Assembly: GCF_009914755.1 (NCBI RefSeq)
Contig: NC_060926.1
Source: the human T2T-CHM13v2.0 reference genome, Homo sapiens
Length of the DNA stretch: 64,000 bases
Reading direction: 5' to 3' (one strand)
Below, one piece after another: positions 40,627 to 58,013 of the stretch (position 1 is the stretch's first letter; each line of letters begins with the position of its first letter). The notes beneath the pieces were generated by a model. The model saw nothing but the letters and a program-made list of their open reading frames with translations, searched no databases and had not been told where the DNA came from. A program made the position numbers and the translations under genes.

Positions 40627-40962
40627 GGCAAGGTGCGGTGGCTCATTCCTGTAATTCCAGCACTTTGGTAGACCAAGACAGGTGGATTGCTTGAGTCTAG
40701 AAGAGACCAGCTTGGGCAACATGGCAAAACCCCATCTCTACAAAAAAAACCACATAAATTAGCCAAGGGTGGTGGTTCACACCCGTAGTCCCAGCTACTG
40801 GGCGGCGGCGGAGGGGTTGAGGGTTAGGGGTCAGGGGAGACCTGAGGCAGGAGGATTGCATGAACCTGGGGGAGGTCGAGGCTGCAGTGAGCTGAGATCA
40901 CACCACTGCGCTCCAGCTTGGGGTGACAGAATGAGATCTTGTCTCCAAGATTAAAAAAAAAA
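40627..40962 (+). mobile_element. Alu (AluJ-like) with G-rich insertion
   Basis: Dimer with a non-Alu G-rich tract at about 40800-40838. Confidence 0.85.
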
Positions 40963-41813
40963 GAGGAAAAGAAATTATTTTTAAATACTGCTTAGTTGTG
41001 AGTTACACTTTGACATCTGTGCTTATGAAGGCAGGTAGGGATCTGCAAAACAAGTAATGTCAGATTGAAAATAGCAGCACCATTTTATATCCAGTGAAAA
41101 GACTTGTATGAAATAAGCCTTTATTGATTTGTTTATAGATAAAATTTTTTAAATATTAAGTATATTATAAAAATGCAGTCATTGTTGTATTTTGCCTGTA
41201 TTAATCCTTTCACTCACATTCACTCATTTTTTGCCTCAACTTATAAAAAGTAAGATTGGTACTCTGATTTTTTTTATTTTTGCTTTTTTAAGTCTGTTTA
41301 ATGTCTAAGGAACGTAACTAGTTAGAACAGCTACTTATTTGGCAATCTCAAGTTATGGGAAGCATAGCTGAGAATCAAGAAAAAAGCAAAATAATAATAA
41401 ATAAATAATTATATAAAAGGATAGTTGAGTCTCAGCAAATAACTAAACCTGTGCTCTAAAACCCTAAGCACTTTAAGTAGAAAGTAGCCTCTAAGTCCCC
41501 ACTCCATATCTTTTTACTCTTTACACACATACACGCACACACACGCACAGACGTATACACACACACAAAACTTTGCCTCTCCCCCTTCTTTAGTGAAAAT
41601 AACATTTGTACATGGTGGTAGATGTAGATAGTACAAAAGAATGTTGAGTGATAAATTCATGTGAGACAATTTTAATAAACATGTTTCCCTGCCTACTCCA
41701 GATTTGAGTAACAAGTTAAAAGGTGGACAAGCACTTTGATAATAGCAAATAGGGTCAACTGAAACAGCAACAACAACAACAAAAAAAAAAAAAACAAGAA
41801 TTTAAATGTATAA

Positions 41814-42161
<348 letters not shown>

Positions 42162-44321
42162 CTTTGACAACATTTTATGTGGCATAATGATGGATAGCAC
42201 AGTGATGACTTCTGTGTACTTAAGAAAAGGCTAGATCATGTTCATTCAGCAAATAAATGTGAAATGAATTTATTAAATATTTCTATGCAAATAATAAGAA
42301 ATATAAAAGTATGATTCTTAATGGTAGAGTGAAGTTTTTAATATCTGGAAGCTTCATTTGTGTAGAATATTTCCTTTCCCAAAAGCTTCAGATAAAGTAA
42401 CTCTTACTAAAGTAACTTCAAGGTCAGACTCAGCCTCTAATCCAGTAATAACCAAAAAAACCTAATTGGCACATTTTTTTCTAAGACAATTGAATTTTCT
42501 CCCTGATGTCTTTTTAATTTATTGAGCAGATTCTGTCTTTGACCGAAAAGGGCAGTCTAATATTCTTTATAGGTCTAGGAAGACAGCTTAAATATCAGCC
42601 AAGAACACTTTTTTACCTCTCAGTCATAATACCTATTAAACAGTAACCATAAAGGAATGTTTAACATGACAGGGATTGTATCTGCTACATATTCATTTGT
42701 GAAGTATTTACTAAGTGCCATATGCTCATGGAGATATATTAATGAATAAGGTAAACATTTTCTGTCCTCATGTAATTTATAATTTTATGGAGGATGCAAA
42801 CAAGTATATTGGTAACTATAGTACAGATAAGGTAGAACTAAGACTAGCTCACTTCAACAGGACCTACAGTGGAGTTCAAATATTTCTCAGCTTTCTTTTT
42901 ATTCATTCCTCTCATGTTCATTCTCTTTGACAAGATCAGTGAAAGAGCTGAAACTATAAGAATAGCTATTTCAAACTTAATCTGTTCTCGTTAGACTCCT
43001 TCATTCTCTTCTGACTGCCTGTTATTTTAACGAAAGACTTTGACAAATCAAAAACAAGCTTCCTTCACTGTCTTCTCAAAATGTCTTTCTTTTCATCCAT
43101 CCTATCCTTCTTTGGGATCATGTTATCATTCCTTTCCACAATTGACTTCTACTTAGGTTCTTGATCCCATCTCATATGTATATGAAGTCTGTGTTGCTTC
43201 CTCTGGCATTAACAGCCTATACCAGGAGTGTGATAGGCTGCCATCTCTACTGTCACAGCTAGTCTAGGAGTGGGGGTGTGGTAGGCAGACAGTTTAAGAT
43301 GCCACAGTGCTGTCTTACCACAATACAGCACCTTCTTCTTTAAGCCCTCCCCAGGTTAAGTTTTTTACTGGATTCCTGTGTAAAAGTTGATCTAGACAAT
43401 TTTTGCCAGGTTATTGCCAGAACAAAAGAATAAGATTTTTTTTTGTCATCGAAACTCTAGAGTACAACCTGATGTCATAAAATGGTGTTGTCCTTTAATC
43501 AAAAGACTGCTATACCTGGAATTATAGTTGATGATCATAACCCAAATATCTTTTGGAGTAGATATGCTCAACTCTGCATGTCCTCAGTAATCACAGTAAT
43601 CAGCTATTAGAAATAGACTTTTATCATTAGAATACTTGTTTAAATATCAGAAGTGATTAAAACTTTTTGAGAATCAAAGTACATTTATGTTGATTACTAT
43701 AAAAATCAAAGAAATATCAATACAGTTCTCAATGAATAGCAGTAAGTTGATGGCAGCTCACTCATACTGCAAGACTTTTCTTAGTTTGCTGATTAGAAAT
43801 GAAAACAAGTGTGCTAATAATGCTGCAACTTTGAATATTACAGATTTCTGTAGGTCCAGGAATGCAATCTGAGATTTTTAAGAGCTCTATTTATTATGGT
43901 GACACAGCAATTTCTTTGTATAAGGCTTGTGACTCTTCTTACATCTTTAAAATTCCCTCCCTCGCCCATTTTAGCAGCACCTGAAAAGTATTAGTCTTTT
44001 TGGAAATGTACCAAAAGCTTGCCTAAAAGTATACTAATTTTTAGTTTTCTGAAGTCCAGGAAGATGACAACAAATAAATTCTCTTTCACTGAATTTGTAA
44101 CATTTATGGCACAGTCTGTGTGGTTTTGTTTTTTGCTTTTCCTTGTGGTAAGTTATATGTATTCACTATATACTAAACTGATAAGAGTTAAAAGCTACAA
44201 ATAGCAGTAGCTTAGAATATGGAGGTACGAAGAACAAAAGTATGTTTGGGAAAGAAAATTGTTTTCTTTCTCAGCTTTTTCCCTGAAAATGTTTTATGCC
44301 ACAAAATTCAAAAAAGCATAA

Positions 44322-44659
<338 letters not shown>

Positions 44660-44969
44660 TAGCCAAAGAATAAAATAAAGGAGAACAAGAAAAGTTCCTC
44701 AGATTCCCACAACATGTAGCTCTGTCGTTGAGTACACATGCAGCTGGCAAATTTATAATTGTCTAAGTAAATATACTTTTTTCTGTAAATATACTTTTAA
44801 ATAACATATCAAAACATGTGAAAGAGCTAAGTTATAGGTAACACATTCTATGCTAATAAAATTGTCTACCAAGTATTGATTTCTTTCCTCTCCACTGCCC
44901 TTCCCTAAAATAAAGTCCAGTGTTTTTCCTGTGACTTGACCATTTCTCAACATTTAGTTTTCTAAATAC

Positions 44970-45267
44970 GTTGTTTTGTTTTGTTTTGTTTTTTGAGACA
45001 AGGCATCACTCTGTTGCCCAGGCTGTAGTGCAGTGGTGTGATCTCAGCTCACTGCAGACTTGACTTCCTGGGCTCAAGTGATCCTCCCAAGTAGCTGAGA
45101 CTACAGGCATGCACCTCCATCCCCGGCTAATTTTTGTATTTTTTGTAGAGATGGGGTTTCGCGGGAATGCCAAGGCTGGTCTTGAACTCCAGGGTTCATG
45201 CAATCAGTCCTCCTGCCTCGACTTCCCAGAATGCTGGGATTACAGGCATGAGTTACTGTGCTTGGCC
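44970..45267 (-). mobile_element. Alu (AluJ-like)
   Basis: (TTTTG)n tail and TSD AGTTTT(T)CTAAATA. Confidence 0.85.
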
Positions 45268-45987
45268 AGTTTTTCTAAATATGTTTATGGAGACATAGAA
45301 ATAAGCTTTATTGCTGATTAAGGATTAGTCATTTAAATACTTTGTTATAAATGCTGATCCAAGGTATTATAAGAAACTGGAGGAATTATTTCGTGATGTT
45401 ATCTAGAAGGCAAATGTTTATACTGAAGAAAGATTTAGGGAGTGTCAGAATTATTGAAAATAACTGAAAGAAAGCCTAGTGGATTGTTACTAATGATTTA
45501 ATGTATTTTCTTTTAACCTGTAGGTTCTCTCTTCATCTCTTGCCTTGCCCTCTTTTTCTTTGTTTTCTTCCTCCTTGCAGTTTATTTGTTGAAGAAACCA
45601 GTTATCTCTGTTTTGTTTCCCATGGTATGAATTTTGCTGAGTGCATCTTTACATGTAGTTTAATGTGTTGTTTGGTCCTTCACATTTCCTGTAAATTGAC
45701 AGTTGAATCTACAAGCTTGATCACATTCACATTTTTTTTAGGGTGGTGGGGCTGGCGGTACACACAGTTATTTCCATTTTCATGATGTTAGCAGTCGTTG
45801 ATAATCATGCTGCGATCTATTCATTATATGTTACAAAATGGTGATATAATTTTATCATTTATTAACTGTTCCTTTAAAAGTTTATATCATATATCTCTGT
45901 GTGTATATATAAAGATTAATGTGCAGGAGTTTTGCTTTCAGTGAATGTTTGCATTCCAATCATTGCTTAGAAAGTTTTTTTGCCCTT

Positions 45988-46354
<367 letters not shown>

Positions 46355-47675
46355 TTATGGTTTTACTGTACTCTTGAAAAGATTGAATGTCTAAACTAAT
46401 TTAATAAAGAATTTCTCATTTCTTGTCTTAACACTTGTTTTTTCTAAAGAATGTGTCAGAGTTGGAACTGTTGTTAGATTGAGACACTGTCAGGTTTTTT
46501 ATATGCTTTTGAGTTTATAGCCTTCACAGCCTATTTCAGTCTTTATTGCAATTAACTAGGTAAAGTTCTGCATTAGGCTCCTGGTATTTATGTTCTCAGG
46601 CAAAATTTTTTCTAAACCTCATGGAATTGTTAGTGCCTTTTGGGAAGCAAAACTTAAGTCTAACTTCTATCCCCTTTCAGAAAACTTTTCTACTAAAGAA
46701 AAGAACTTGAGTTTTGTGGTTGGTTTAAGAATAGTATATATGTTATATTTTATTTACTCTTTTATAACAAGTAAAAATGACAAAATAAATGAAATGTTGA
46801 CAGATTTTAGGATAAGCTCTTTCCTGTGAGTCAGTTTTCCCTGGAATATCCTGCCCTTGCAGCCAAGGGGTAACTTGATAAGTATCCTGCATGCCATTAG
46901 TTCCCTAACAAGTTGATGACGAAATTCTGGAGGTCTGAACCCTAAATATAACCAGCTTTCTAGGTTTAATATTCAGCTTGTTTTATATTTTGATAAACCT
47001 TTGGACATCAAATGTTAGTAGCCAAAGTTCTGGTTCTGATCCAAAGCCAGTTTCTGGTTATGCATCTAGATTTCAGTGATGGTAGTATGGTATTTTCCTC
47101 TACCACTCCACCGACTCTCCCCAGCATACATAAGGAGGAGCAGGTATTGTTTTATGGATAAGGCAATTAAGGCTCAGAGAAATTTAGTGATTGTCACCCT
47201 GCTAATAAATGGCAGCACTAGAATTGGAATCCAGGTCTTTCTGATTCTAAGCCTCTGTTCTGTCTACCACAACAAATGGAAGAGAGGTCAAGAAAAGAGA
47301 TCCTTTAAGGAATCACTATGTTATTTCCAGTGAGAGGTGATAGGAACTGAAACAAGGCAATTGGAAACAGAAGTAAGATTTAAGGGGTTCTCTTGACTTG
47401 GCGGCAGATTATATGTGGAGAGTGAGGGAACAGAATGATTAAAGATACGAGTTTCCTAGGTATGTCAATGAATTGTCATGGTGGGAAGAGAAGCAACTTG
47501 GAGAGGGATGCCCTTTTTTATTCCTTTCTTTGTGGGTTTTTAAATGTTGATTGAGGTTTGTGGTATACTTGGTTAAAGATTTCCAATAGGCACTTAGAAT
47601 TTCAGATTACTACTCAGATTATTTGGAATCTGTTGTTAGAGAGTACAAGGGAATTAAATAGAGACAGATATATTC

Positions 47676-47836
47676 TTTTTTTGAGACAGTGTCTCACTCT
47701 GTCGCCCAGCCTCCTGAGTAGCTGAGACCACAGATGCGCGCCACCACACCCGGCTAATTTTTGTAGTTTTTGTAGAGACGGGGTTTCACCATGTTAGCCA
47801 GGCTAGTCACGAAATCCTGGACTCAAGCAACGGGGG
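47676..47836 (-). mobile_element. Truncated and internally deleted Alu
   Basis: Alu fragments flanked by TSD CAGATATATTCTT. Confidence 0.8.
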
Positions 47837-50800
47837 CAGATATATTCTTAATTGCTGTGTATTGAGTTAATCCTCTAACACTGTGGCACTTACCTAATGA
47901 GAATTATAAATTCATAATTCTGCTAAGGGACTATCCTGAGGCTTAAAGCCTGAAAAATTCCCTCTGAATTCTTACCTAGCATTATAGGCACATGGCCACA
48001 AAGGTGGTTTTCCCAGGGCACAGTTTGTCCATTGCACTTTGGATGAGCTGACCCCTTGATGTGTCTAAATGTGGAAAATTTGATTGCATAATTTATGGTA
48101 TTGGGGGATGGGGGACTGCTTTCAGGTAGTTCCCTGGGGTCAGGGGGGAAGAATTCCCTCTGTGATAGCCCCATTTAGAATAGTGTTTCTGCCTATCTAT
48201 GTATATTGCTGTTTTTCCTCCTTTAGTAAAGATGGATTAGAGGGGGAAAAGAAAGACACCATATTCTTGAAAGCATCTTGATTTATTAGTGATTTAATGT
48301 TGAGGTTGCACAAAATATTCATAAAGAAATAGTATTTAAAAGCCAGTGTGTTGAAAGAAAGGAATTCATATGTGCAGTTTATGGTCCAATGATATGGCAG
48401 TGACTTATGCATATGCCCTTGCACAATTCCTGCTCTGTGGAAGGCTTGTACAAATAGTAACATTGGCAAGATGACTGTTAGTTACAAACCAAGAAATTTT
48501 ATTGAAACAACAAATTAGAATGTAGTTAGCTTATTTTGGTGTGCGTTTCATTTTTTAAAGCAGAAAATTACAACTTTTTTTCATTAAAAATTGAATTACA
48601 TACTTAGGATTAAAGCAAAGTTTTTACTTACTGCTGCCTATTATATTATACCTTATGATGAACCAGAAGTATAGTAATACTAAAGAGCAACAAAGTTGTT
48701 TTTCATTTTCTTTACATGATAATTGTATAAACTAGGTTTTAAAGCCTTGGGATACATTCCCTCATGTTACATTTAAAGATTCGACTCCCAAAATTCTGTG
48801 TTATCTGTGTGTTTAGAGGGGCAGGAGGAAGGAGACTCTGATCCAAAAAAGATTTAGAACCGCTGTATCAGACAATTGGCAGATAGTCACATAACTAAGT
48901 CCCGAGCGAGCCTAAACCAAGACCCAGTTTTTCCAAATGTTTGTTATTGTCTAAACCTACTGTGTCGTGTATAATAATCACTCAATAAATATGACTGACT
49001 AGACCCAGCCACCAGGTCTTAAGAAAGATAGAGAGGGTTCTTCAGAAAGCTCTGATTCCTGCCATGCACCCAAGTGGTTATTATGCTAGTAGTCCTGATT
49101 TTTTATTTCTAGTGTTATCTTCATTATTCCTCTACACAAAATCAATATGGTTTTTCTACCTACTTTTCCTCAAGCTTGTTTCTCACATTCCAGTGTTCAT
49201 TCCTTTCCAACAACATTTATCCCTCTGCTATCAGAATTGTGCCCATTCAAGACTCAATTAGCCTTAGAAAGAAATACTCACAGGTATGTCAGTTTTCCCT
49301 GGTTTTGATTATCTAGCTGAATTATAAATTTAAGGGAGAAAGCAAAAGTGGAACAGGAAAGAGCTTGGTGTATTTCCTAGTGCTTAACCATTAGGCCTTG
49401 AACTTAGTAGAAAATACTTGCTGTCTAAGTCTCTAAATGTAAATTTAGTTTAACTCTCTTTGTCTCTTATTAAGTAATAAAAATTATTTTACCTATAGTA
49501 CCTGGCACTGTGCTAACAAATTATGGGAGACAGAAAATATAGTCTCAGCCCTTGTGCAGTCTAGAGTGGTTTTATTGGTAATTAATTAGGTGGCAAAACA
49601 CTTGAGTGAGTTTGTTAGATGATTTGGGTATCAAATTACGGAAAGAGCTTTAAGTTCTTAGCCTTATAGGAGTGAAAATAGAAGTTAAATGGTAGTTTCA
49701 ACTACAAGTTTTAGAATAACTTTTCAATAGCCTCTTTGGTGTAATATCATTTTAAATTTTATTTTTATTTCATTGGAATGTTACTCATTGAAGAAAAGTT
49801 GTCCTATAATAATAGGCATTGATTTAAACCTATAATAATTGGTTCATTTTTAAATGCTGTAGAATTGTAAAGTTGGAACAGACTTACAGAACTTCTAGTC
49901 CCATTCTTCCTCTTTTCAGATGAGGAAAGGACCCTGGAATGTTTGGTTGATTGAACATTGTCTAAATTGGCCCAACTATTTAGAGACAAAACAGGAACTA
50001 GAACATGAGTTTTAGACTTCATGGTTCCCTCTTATATAACTTACTGTTATTTTTCTCAGTACATAATAACTGATAGCATATATGTTATTACTATATTTTC
50101 AGTTACTTGCTCATCTGGTTTTTGTTATTCCTGGAAAACAGTCAAGAAAATCTATCTCTAATTATAAAGGAGAAAACCCAAGTGATTTGTCTAATGTCAC
50201 ATAACTAACAAATTTAGCAAAACTAGAACTAGGACCTAGATCTTTAGTTTTCTAATATATTGCTTTTTTCACACCACCATACTGTTTTTCCCATACTGTT
50301 TCTAATAATACTAGTGACAATTAGTATTATTTCCAAATTATTCATACAAGGAAGTTTAGGCAAACTGAGAACATTCTCAAGAAAGAGTGATGGACTCTAT
50401 TGTAGGGAAAAATAATCTAACCTTTCCTTACTGCAAAATTTCATTTTAACAGTTACAGTTTTCATAAACTTCGTTCTACTCCTTTGAAATTTGAATTCAC
50501 CACTGTCTGGAGTTTGAGGCTGGAGGACAGTTCCAACATAGAATTATAGATTTGAGTTGGTTTGTGGTAATTGTTTTCATTCATAACAGGATAGTCTTTT
50601 TTTAAAATGCCTTTTTAATAAATAAATGTTTTAATTAAATGTCTGAAAACCCTAAAATGTCAATTAATTAAATGCAAGTCAACTTCTATACAGTTACATA
50701 TAAATTATATTCAGTGTAGGATTTCGGTTCACTTTAGTATTTTTAAAAGAAAGTAGGGCAGGACCTCCAAACTCAGTGCCTGGGCCCTAGGAACTATGAA

Positions 50801-51429
50801 GGTCTTGAAACAGCCTTTCTGGAGAAGTTGGAAATTCGGGTTTTAATGTGAAATATTCCCATCTTAAATGGTGACAACTTATTTTGAATTTTTTTAAAGT
50901 ATGTAGGCCAAATAAAATCTGCTACGGGCCAGATTGGGCCCTTGGGCCAATAGTTTATGAATTTTATTTTATTGGTTTGAATTACTGAAATAGTTTTCTT
51001 GCTGGTTTTTCCACCTTCATGCTTTTAACCTGTCTTGTTCACAGGTATCTCCTTAATCTTTCTAAATCATCATTCCATTTATCTGCAAAATAAAATGCAA
51101 ATTGCTAAACCTGACATTCAAGACACTGTATCATTTTGCTCTTAATTGCCTTTCCACTTTTATTTTTTATTACATGTGCTACAAAAACACTGACTGTGTT
51201 CAAATTAGACAAGCCAGGTGAATTCCCATCTCTAGACCTTTGCTGACTTACTTTCCTTATCCTGATGCCTATATTCCTCTTCATCATTTGTCCAATTCTT
51301 CCAATACTTTCAAAGTCACTTTATGTCTGCATTCTCTGTGAATTCGTCTCCTGACCACTGTTACCTCTTTCTGTGATATTTTTTTCTCCTTAGCATTCAT
51401 ATCTTAGGTAGTTTATGCCGCTTTGCCAC

Positions 51430-51921
<492 letters not shown>

Positions 51922-52026
51922 TAATACACATTCTTATGTGTGTTGGTTTTGTCTCAGTAAATGTTTGGCGATGGTGAAAAATCTAGAGCTGTATATGCAG
52001 CTTCAAAGTCTAGGAAAGAGCCTAGT

Positions 52027-52392
52027 TTCTTTTTTTTCTTTCTTTTTTTTGTAATTTCAACTTTTATCTTAGATTCTGGGGGTACATGTGCAGGTTTGTT
52101 ATGTGTGTATATAGTGTGATGCTAAAGTTTGTGGGACGGTAGATCCCGTCACCCAAGTATTATGCATAGTACCCAATAGTTTTTCAACCCAGCACCCTTC
52201 CCTCCTCCCTCCAGTTCCCAGTGTTCATTGTTGCCTTCTTTATGTCCATGAATACCCAGTGTTTAGCTCTCACTTATAAGTGAGAACATGCAGTATTTGG
52301 TTTTCTGTTCCTGCCTTAATTCACTTAGGATAATGGCCTCCATCTGCATCCATGTTGCTGCAAAAAACATGATTTCATTCTTCATGGCTGCA
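52027..52392 (-). mobile_element. 5'-truncated L1 3' end (older L1PA/PB type)
   Basis: Poly-T, GGTACATGTGCAGGTTTGTTA, CACTTATAAGTGAGAACATGCAGTATTTGGTTTTCTG and CATCCATGTTGCTGCAAA. Confidence 0.85.
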
Positions 52393-53212
52393 AAAAAATC
52401 TTTTTATTGAAGTTTAATATACATTCAAAAACATGCACAAAATCATTAGCCCACAGCTTGATGAATTTTCACAACTGCATACACCTGTGTAACCAGTACC
52501 CAATTCAAGATCATAACATTACCAGCCTTCCAGAAGCTCTTCTTACATTCTCTTCTAGTTATTACCCTAGTCCTGCTGCTCTTCAAGGATAGCCACTGTG
52601 CCAGCCAGGATCATCTTTTAAAAGATGGGGTCAGGTATACCATTAGTCAAGTTTGTCCTATTTTTTATCTTGTTGCAAATATGGAGAGAATGAAAAATAA
52701 TTTCTCTTCTTACCAACACAAAAATAATTGCTAAAGCAAAAATGCAGAAGTCAGAATTTCTTCATTATCAAGGCTTCTTTATCAGTTTATTATTCAACTA
52801 AAGTGATACTGGGGGATTTAAATCTTTCATGTAACTTAGGAAATGTCCAGGAATTACTATAAATGACTTTTGTCTTCTGGAACAAAATGCAAAGTAACCA
52901 AGAAATAGGAAAATAGATGTAGAGCAGTGTGCTACCCCCAACATGGCTGTTCCTGCCATGGAGGAGGTACCAGAGAATAACTGGAATCCAGACCTATGGC
53001 TGAGGACTCACTTATACTGAGAAAGGAGTCCCCTTTCTGTACATATATTCTCTGAATATTGAAGATCAGATTTCTTCTATCAATAATTAGAACTCTATGA
53101 AAGATTTTTAATTCTGCAATTTATGTTTTAAATGCTCATTGTTTCCTATAACTTTTTCAAAAACAACTTGGTTAAAACTCTTCTGTCTTAACTTAAAATA
53201 GATTACCTATAA

Positions 53213-53455
<243 letters not shown>

Positions 53456-53616
53456 TGATCTGTAAGAGTAAACTTGCCATACAAAGCTTCCCAGTACTCC
53501 CTCATTCTGCGATGCTGGATTGCCCAAAGCTGCTTAAGAATAAATCGTCACATTACGTGGATAGCTGTAACTGAAACAGTGCTTTTGAATTTCTTTTTGA
53601 AATCATTGATTTCTGG

Positions 53617-54101
<485 letters not shown>

Positions 54102-54718
54102 TAAAATAGTTTTTGTTGTTGTTAAATAACTACTCAGGTTATTTTATATGATTATGTTACATGTTTAATTTGTATAATTAGTATTCTGGAAAACAAGGTT
54201 CTCATCCGAAGCCACCAAAATCGGCTGATTTGATAACATTTCTGTTTTAAGCAAATCACCGATGTGCTATTTACCTGTTTTCTCATATCTAACCTTAATA
54301 GGTAACCTGGTATTTGTTAAGCCCTCAAAAGTTATAAAAAAAGAGTTGAATGGGGTAAGGTGATGATTTGAAAACATAATTCATCATGAGATTCATAAAG
54401 AAATGTGCTATTGCATAAATAACAAGTATTCATAATTCACAGCAGTGACATAATCATGACACTTTGACTCTCATAGCACATATGCACAAACCTTGGCCAC
54501 CTCCCAGAAGTGAACCTTTTAACAAAGTGTGTATGTATAAGACTGAGAGCAAGGCTTTGCTCCCAGTGCCTTTGCATCAGAGAGAAAGGAGTCACTTTTT
54601 TTATCATCTGTTGTCCAAACTCAAAACAAAACATAGTTGTAAGTTTATGGACTGATTCCAGGAATCTAAAAATTTTAGATTCCTTGAATTTTTTTCCAAT
54701 AAAGAATATTGGTATTGT

Positions 54719-55022
54719 GGGCCAGGCACTGTGGCTCACACCTGTAATCCCAGCACTTTGGGAGGCTGAGGTGGGCAGATCACGAGGTCAGGAGTTTGAG
54801 ATCAGCCTGACCATCATGGTGTGAAACCCCATCTCTACTAAAAATACAAAAATTAGACAGGCATGGTGGCACACGCCTGTAACCCCAGCCACTCAGGAGG
54901 CTGAGGCAGGAGAATTGCTTGAACCCAGGAGGCAGAAGTTGCAGTGAGCCAAAATCCCGCTATTGCACTTCAGCCTGGGTGACAGAGCAAGACTCCATCT
55001 CAAAAAAAAAAAAAAAAAAAAG
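54719..55022 (+). mobile_element. Alu (AluS-like)
   Basis: TSD-like AAGAATATTGGTATTGTG / AAGAGTGTTGGTATTGTG. Confidence 0.9.
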
Positions 55023-55101
55023 AGTGTTGGTATTGTGTACAAATAAGTTTTTCTAGTCACATGAAAGATTATTGAGGCTGGGAATAAAAATAGCTATTTT
55101 T

Positions 55102-55825
55102 GGCCAGGTGCAGTGGCTCACACCTGTAATCACAGCACTTTGGGAGGCCCAGGCGGTTGGATAACCTGAGGTCAGGAGTTCAAGACCAGCCTGGGCAACA
55201 TGGCAAAACCCCAACTCTACTAAAAATACAAAAATTAGCCAGGCGTGGTGGCATGCACCTGTAATGCCAGCTACTCAGGCAGCTGAGGCAGGAGAATTGC
55301 TTGAACCCAGGAGGTGGAGGTTCCAGTAAGCCAAGATCATGCCCTTGCACTTTAGCCTGGGGGACAAGGGTGAAACTCCATCTCAAAAAAAAGGCCAGGT
55401 GTGGTGGCTTACACCTGTAATCCCAGCACTTTGGGCAACCAAGGCGGGTGGATCACCTGAGATCAGGAGTTTGAGACCAGCCTGGGTAACTTGGTGAAAC
55501 CCCTTCTCTACTAAAAATACAAAAATTAACCTGCTGGGCGCGGTGGCTCACACCTGTAATCCCAGCACTTCGGGATGCCGAGGCGGGCGGATCACCTGAA
55601 GTCAGGAGTTCAAGACCAGCCTGCCTAACATGGCAAGAGCCTGTCTCTACTAAAAATACAAAAAATTAGTGTGGTGGCAGGTGCCTGTAATCCCAGATAC
55701 TCGGGAGGCTGAGGCAGAATTGCTTGAACCCAGGAGGCAGAGGTTGCAGTGAGTGGAGATGGTCCACTGCACTCCAGCCTGGGCGACAAGAGTGGGACTC
55801 TGTCTCAAAAGAAAAAAAAAAAAAA
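55102..55825 (+). mobile_element. Head-to-tail Alu cluster (dimer + left monomer + dimer)
   Basis: Alu starts at 55102, 55393 and about 55533. Confidence 0.88.
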
Positions 55826-55926
55826 GCTATTTTTCACTACACATGGCAACAATTGTGTAAAAATTTGTAAAGAGACATCCCTCCTTTCCAGTATTTCATC
55901 CTATTCTGTCTGCTTACCCTGCTATA

Positions 55927-56137
55927 CTTTTTTTTTTTTTTTTTTTGAGACAGTGTCTCACTCTTGTCACTGTCACCCAGGCTGGAGTACAATGGGGCTA
56001 TGATAGCTCACTGCAGCCTCAATCTCCCAGTCTTAAGCAAGCCTCCCAATTAGCTGGGACTGCAAACGCATACCACCATGCCAGGCTAATTTTTTTTTTT
56101 TTTTAATAGAGACTAGGTCTTGCTGTGTTGCCTGGGC
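55927..56137 (-). mobile_element. Partial Alu (AluJ-like), followed by an L2-like fragment to about 56285
   Basis: Poly-T followed by reverse Alu, truncated after GTTGCCTGGGCT. Confidence 0.75.
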
Positions 56138-56280
56138 TTTATTTTTCTTCACAGCACTTACCACCACCTGATATATTTTACACTTATTTATTGTTTGTCT
56201 TTGCCGAAATGTAAGATCACTGAGAATATAATGTTCACTGCTGGAACCTAAAATTAAAGCTTTGTTTGTTGCATGAATGA

Positions 56281-56706
<426 letters not shown>

Positions 56707-57545
56707 TAATTTACTTATGTTTTAATTTATTTGGGGGGAGAATTTCTTACATGAGAATGTATCTTCAGTTTTACTAGAGATGTCATTGGGTATATCGAAT
56801 GTAGTTATAGAAATTGGCCTTATTTTTTTTCTACAACACATCTGTTCTGTAAACAAAGGAAGAATATAGTTGTATGTTTTACTAAGTATTTCCCCCCTCG
56901 AGTCTTAAGTTGACATTTATGTCAGGCCTCATAAGTTAAATGTAAATTAGATTCTTTTTTCTTTTCAGATTATTCTGAACTTAATATGATATCTAGGAGC
57001 AAATGTTCTTTGAAACACAGCATCTGACAAGTTAATTGAATGAAAAGTTTTTTTATTACTCATACTAAACAAGCCTTTATTTCTAGATAATTTATGTGAT
57101 CTAGGTATCAGTACCTATGTAACTAGTTTGGGACTTTTTTTTAATTATTTCTTAAAAACCTGAAACATCTGTTTATTCTAAAATATACCATTGGGGTTGT
57201 ATTATGTACCTCAAAGGCCGAGTTACTGTCTTTTACCTTCTAAAATGGAAATTTGGTTATATTTTTATCATGACTACTTCATAAAGAATATTGACAATAT
57301 GTTTGAAAAACATACTCCCTGTGCACAGTGTCATTACATGTTTCAGTAATGTAGGGAGAAAGGATACCCATATCTGCTGTGTGTATTATCTGTTAATAGC
57401 TCTAATTTTAATATATATATGTTAAGTTTACATGTAGAGGAATCCAAAGTCACTTTCCAACAAAGGATTCAGTTCATTCTTTTCCTTGGTCTTGGAATGA
57501 AGGATACTTGAGAAACATCCTACCAAATTAAGAAATATCTGATAA

Positions 57546-58013
<468 letters not shown>

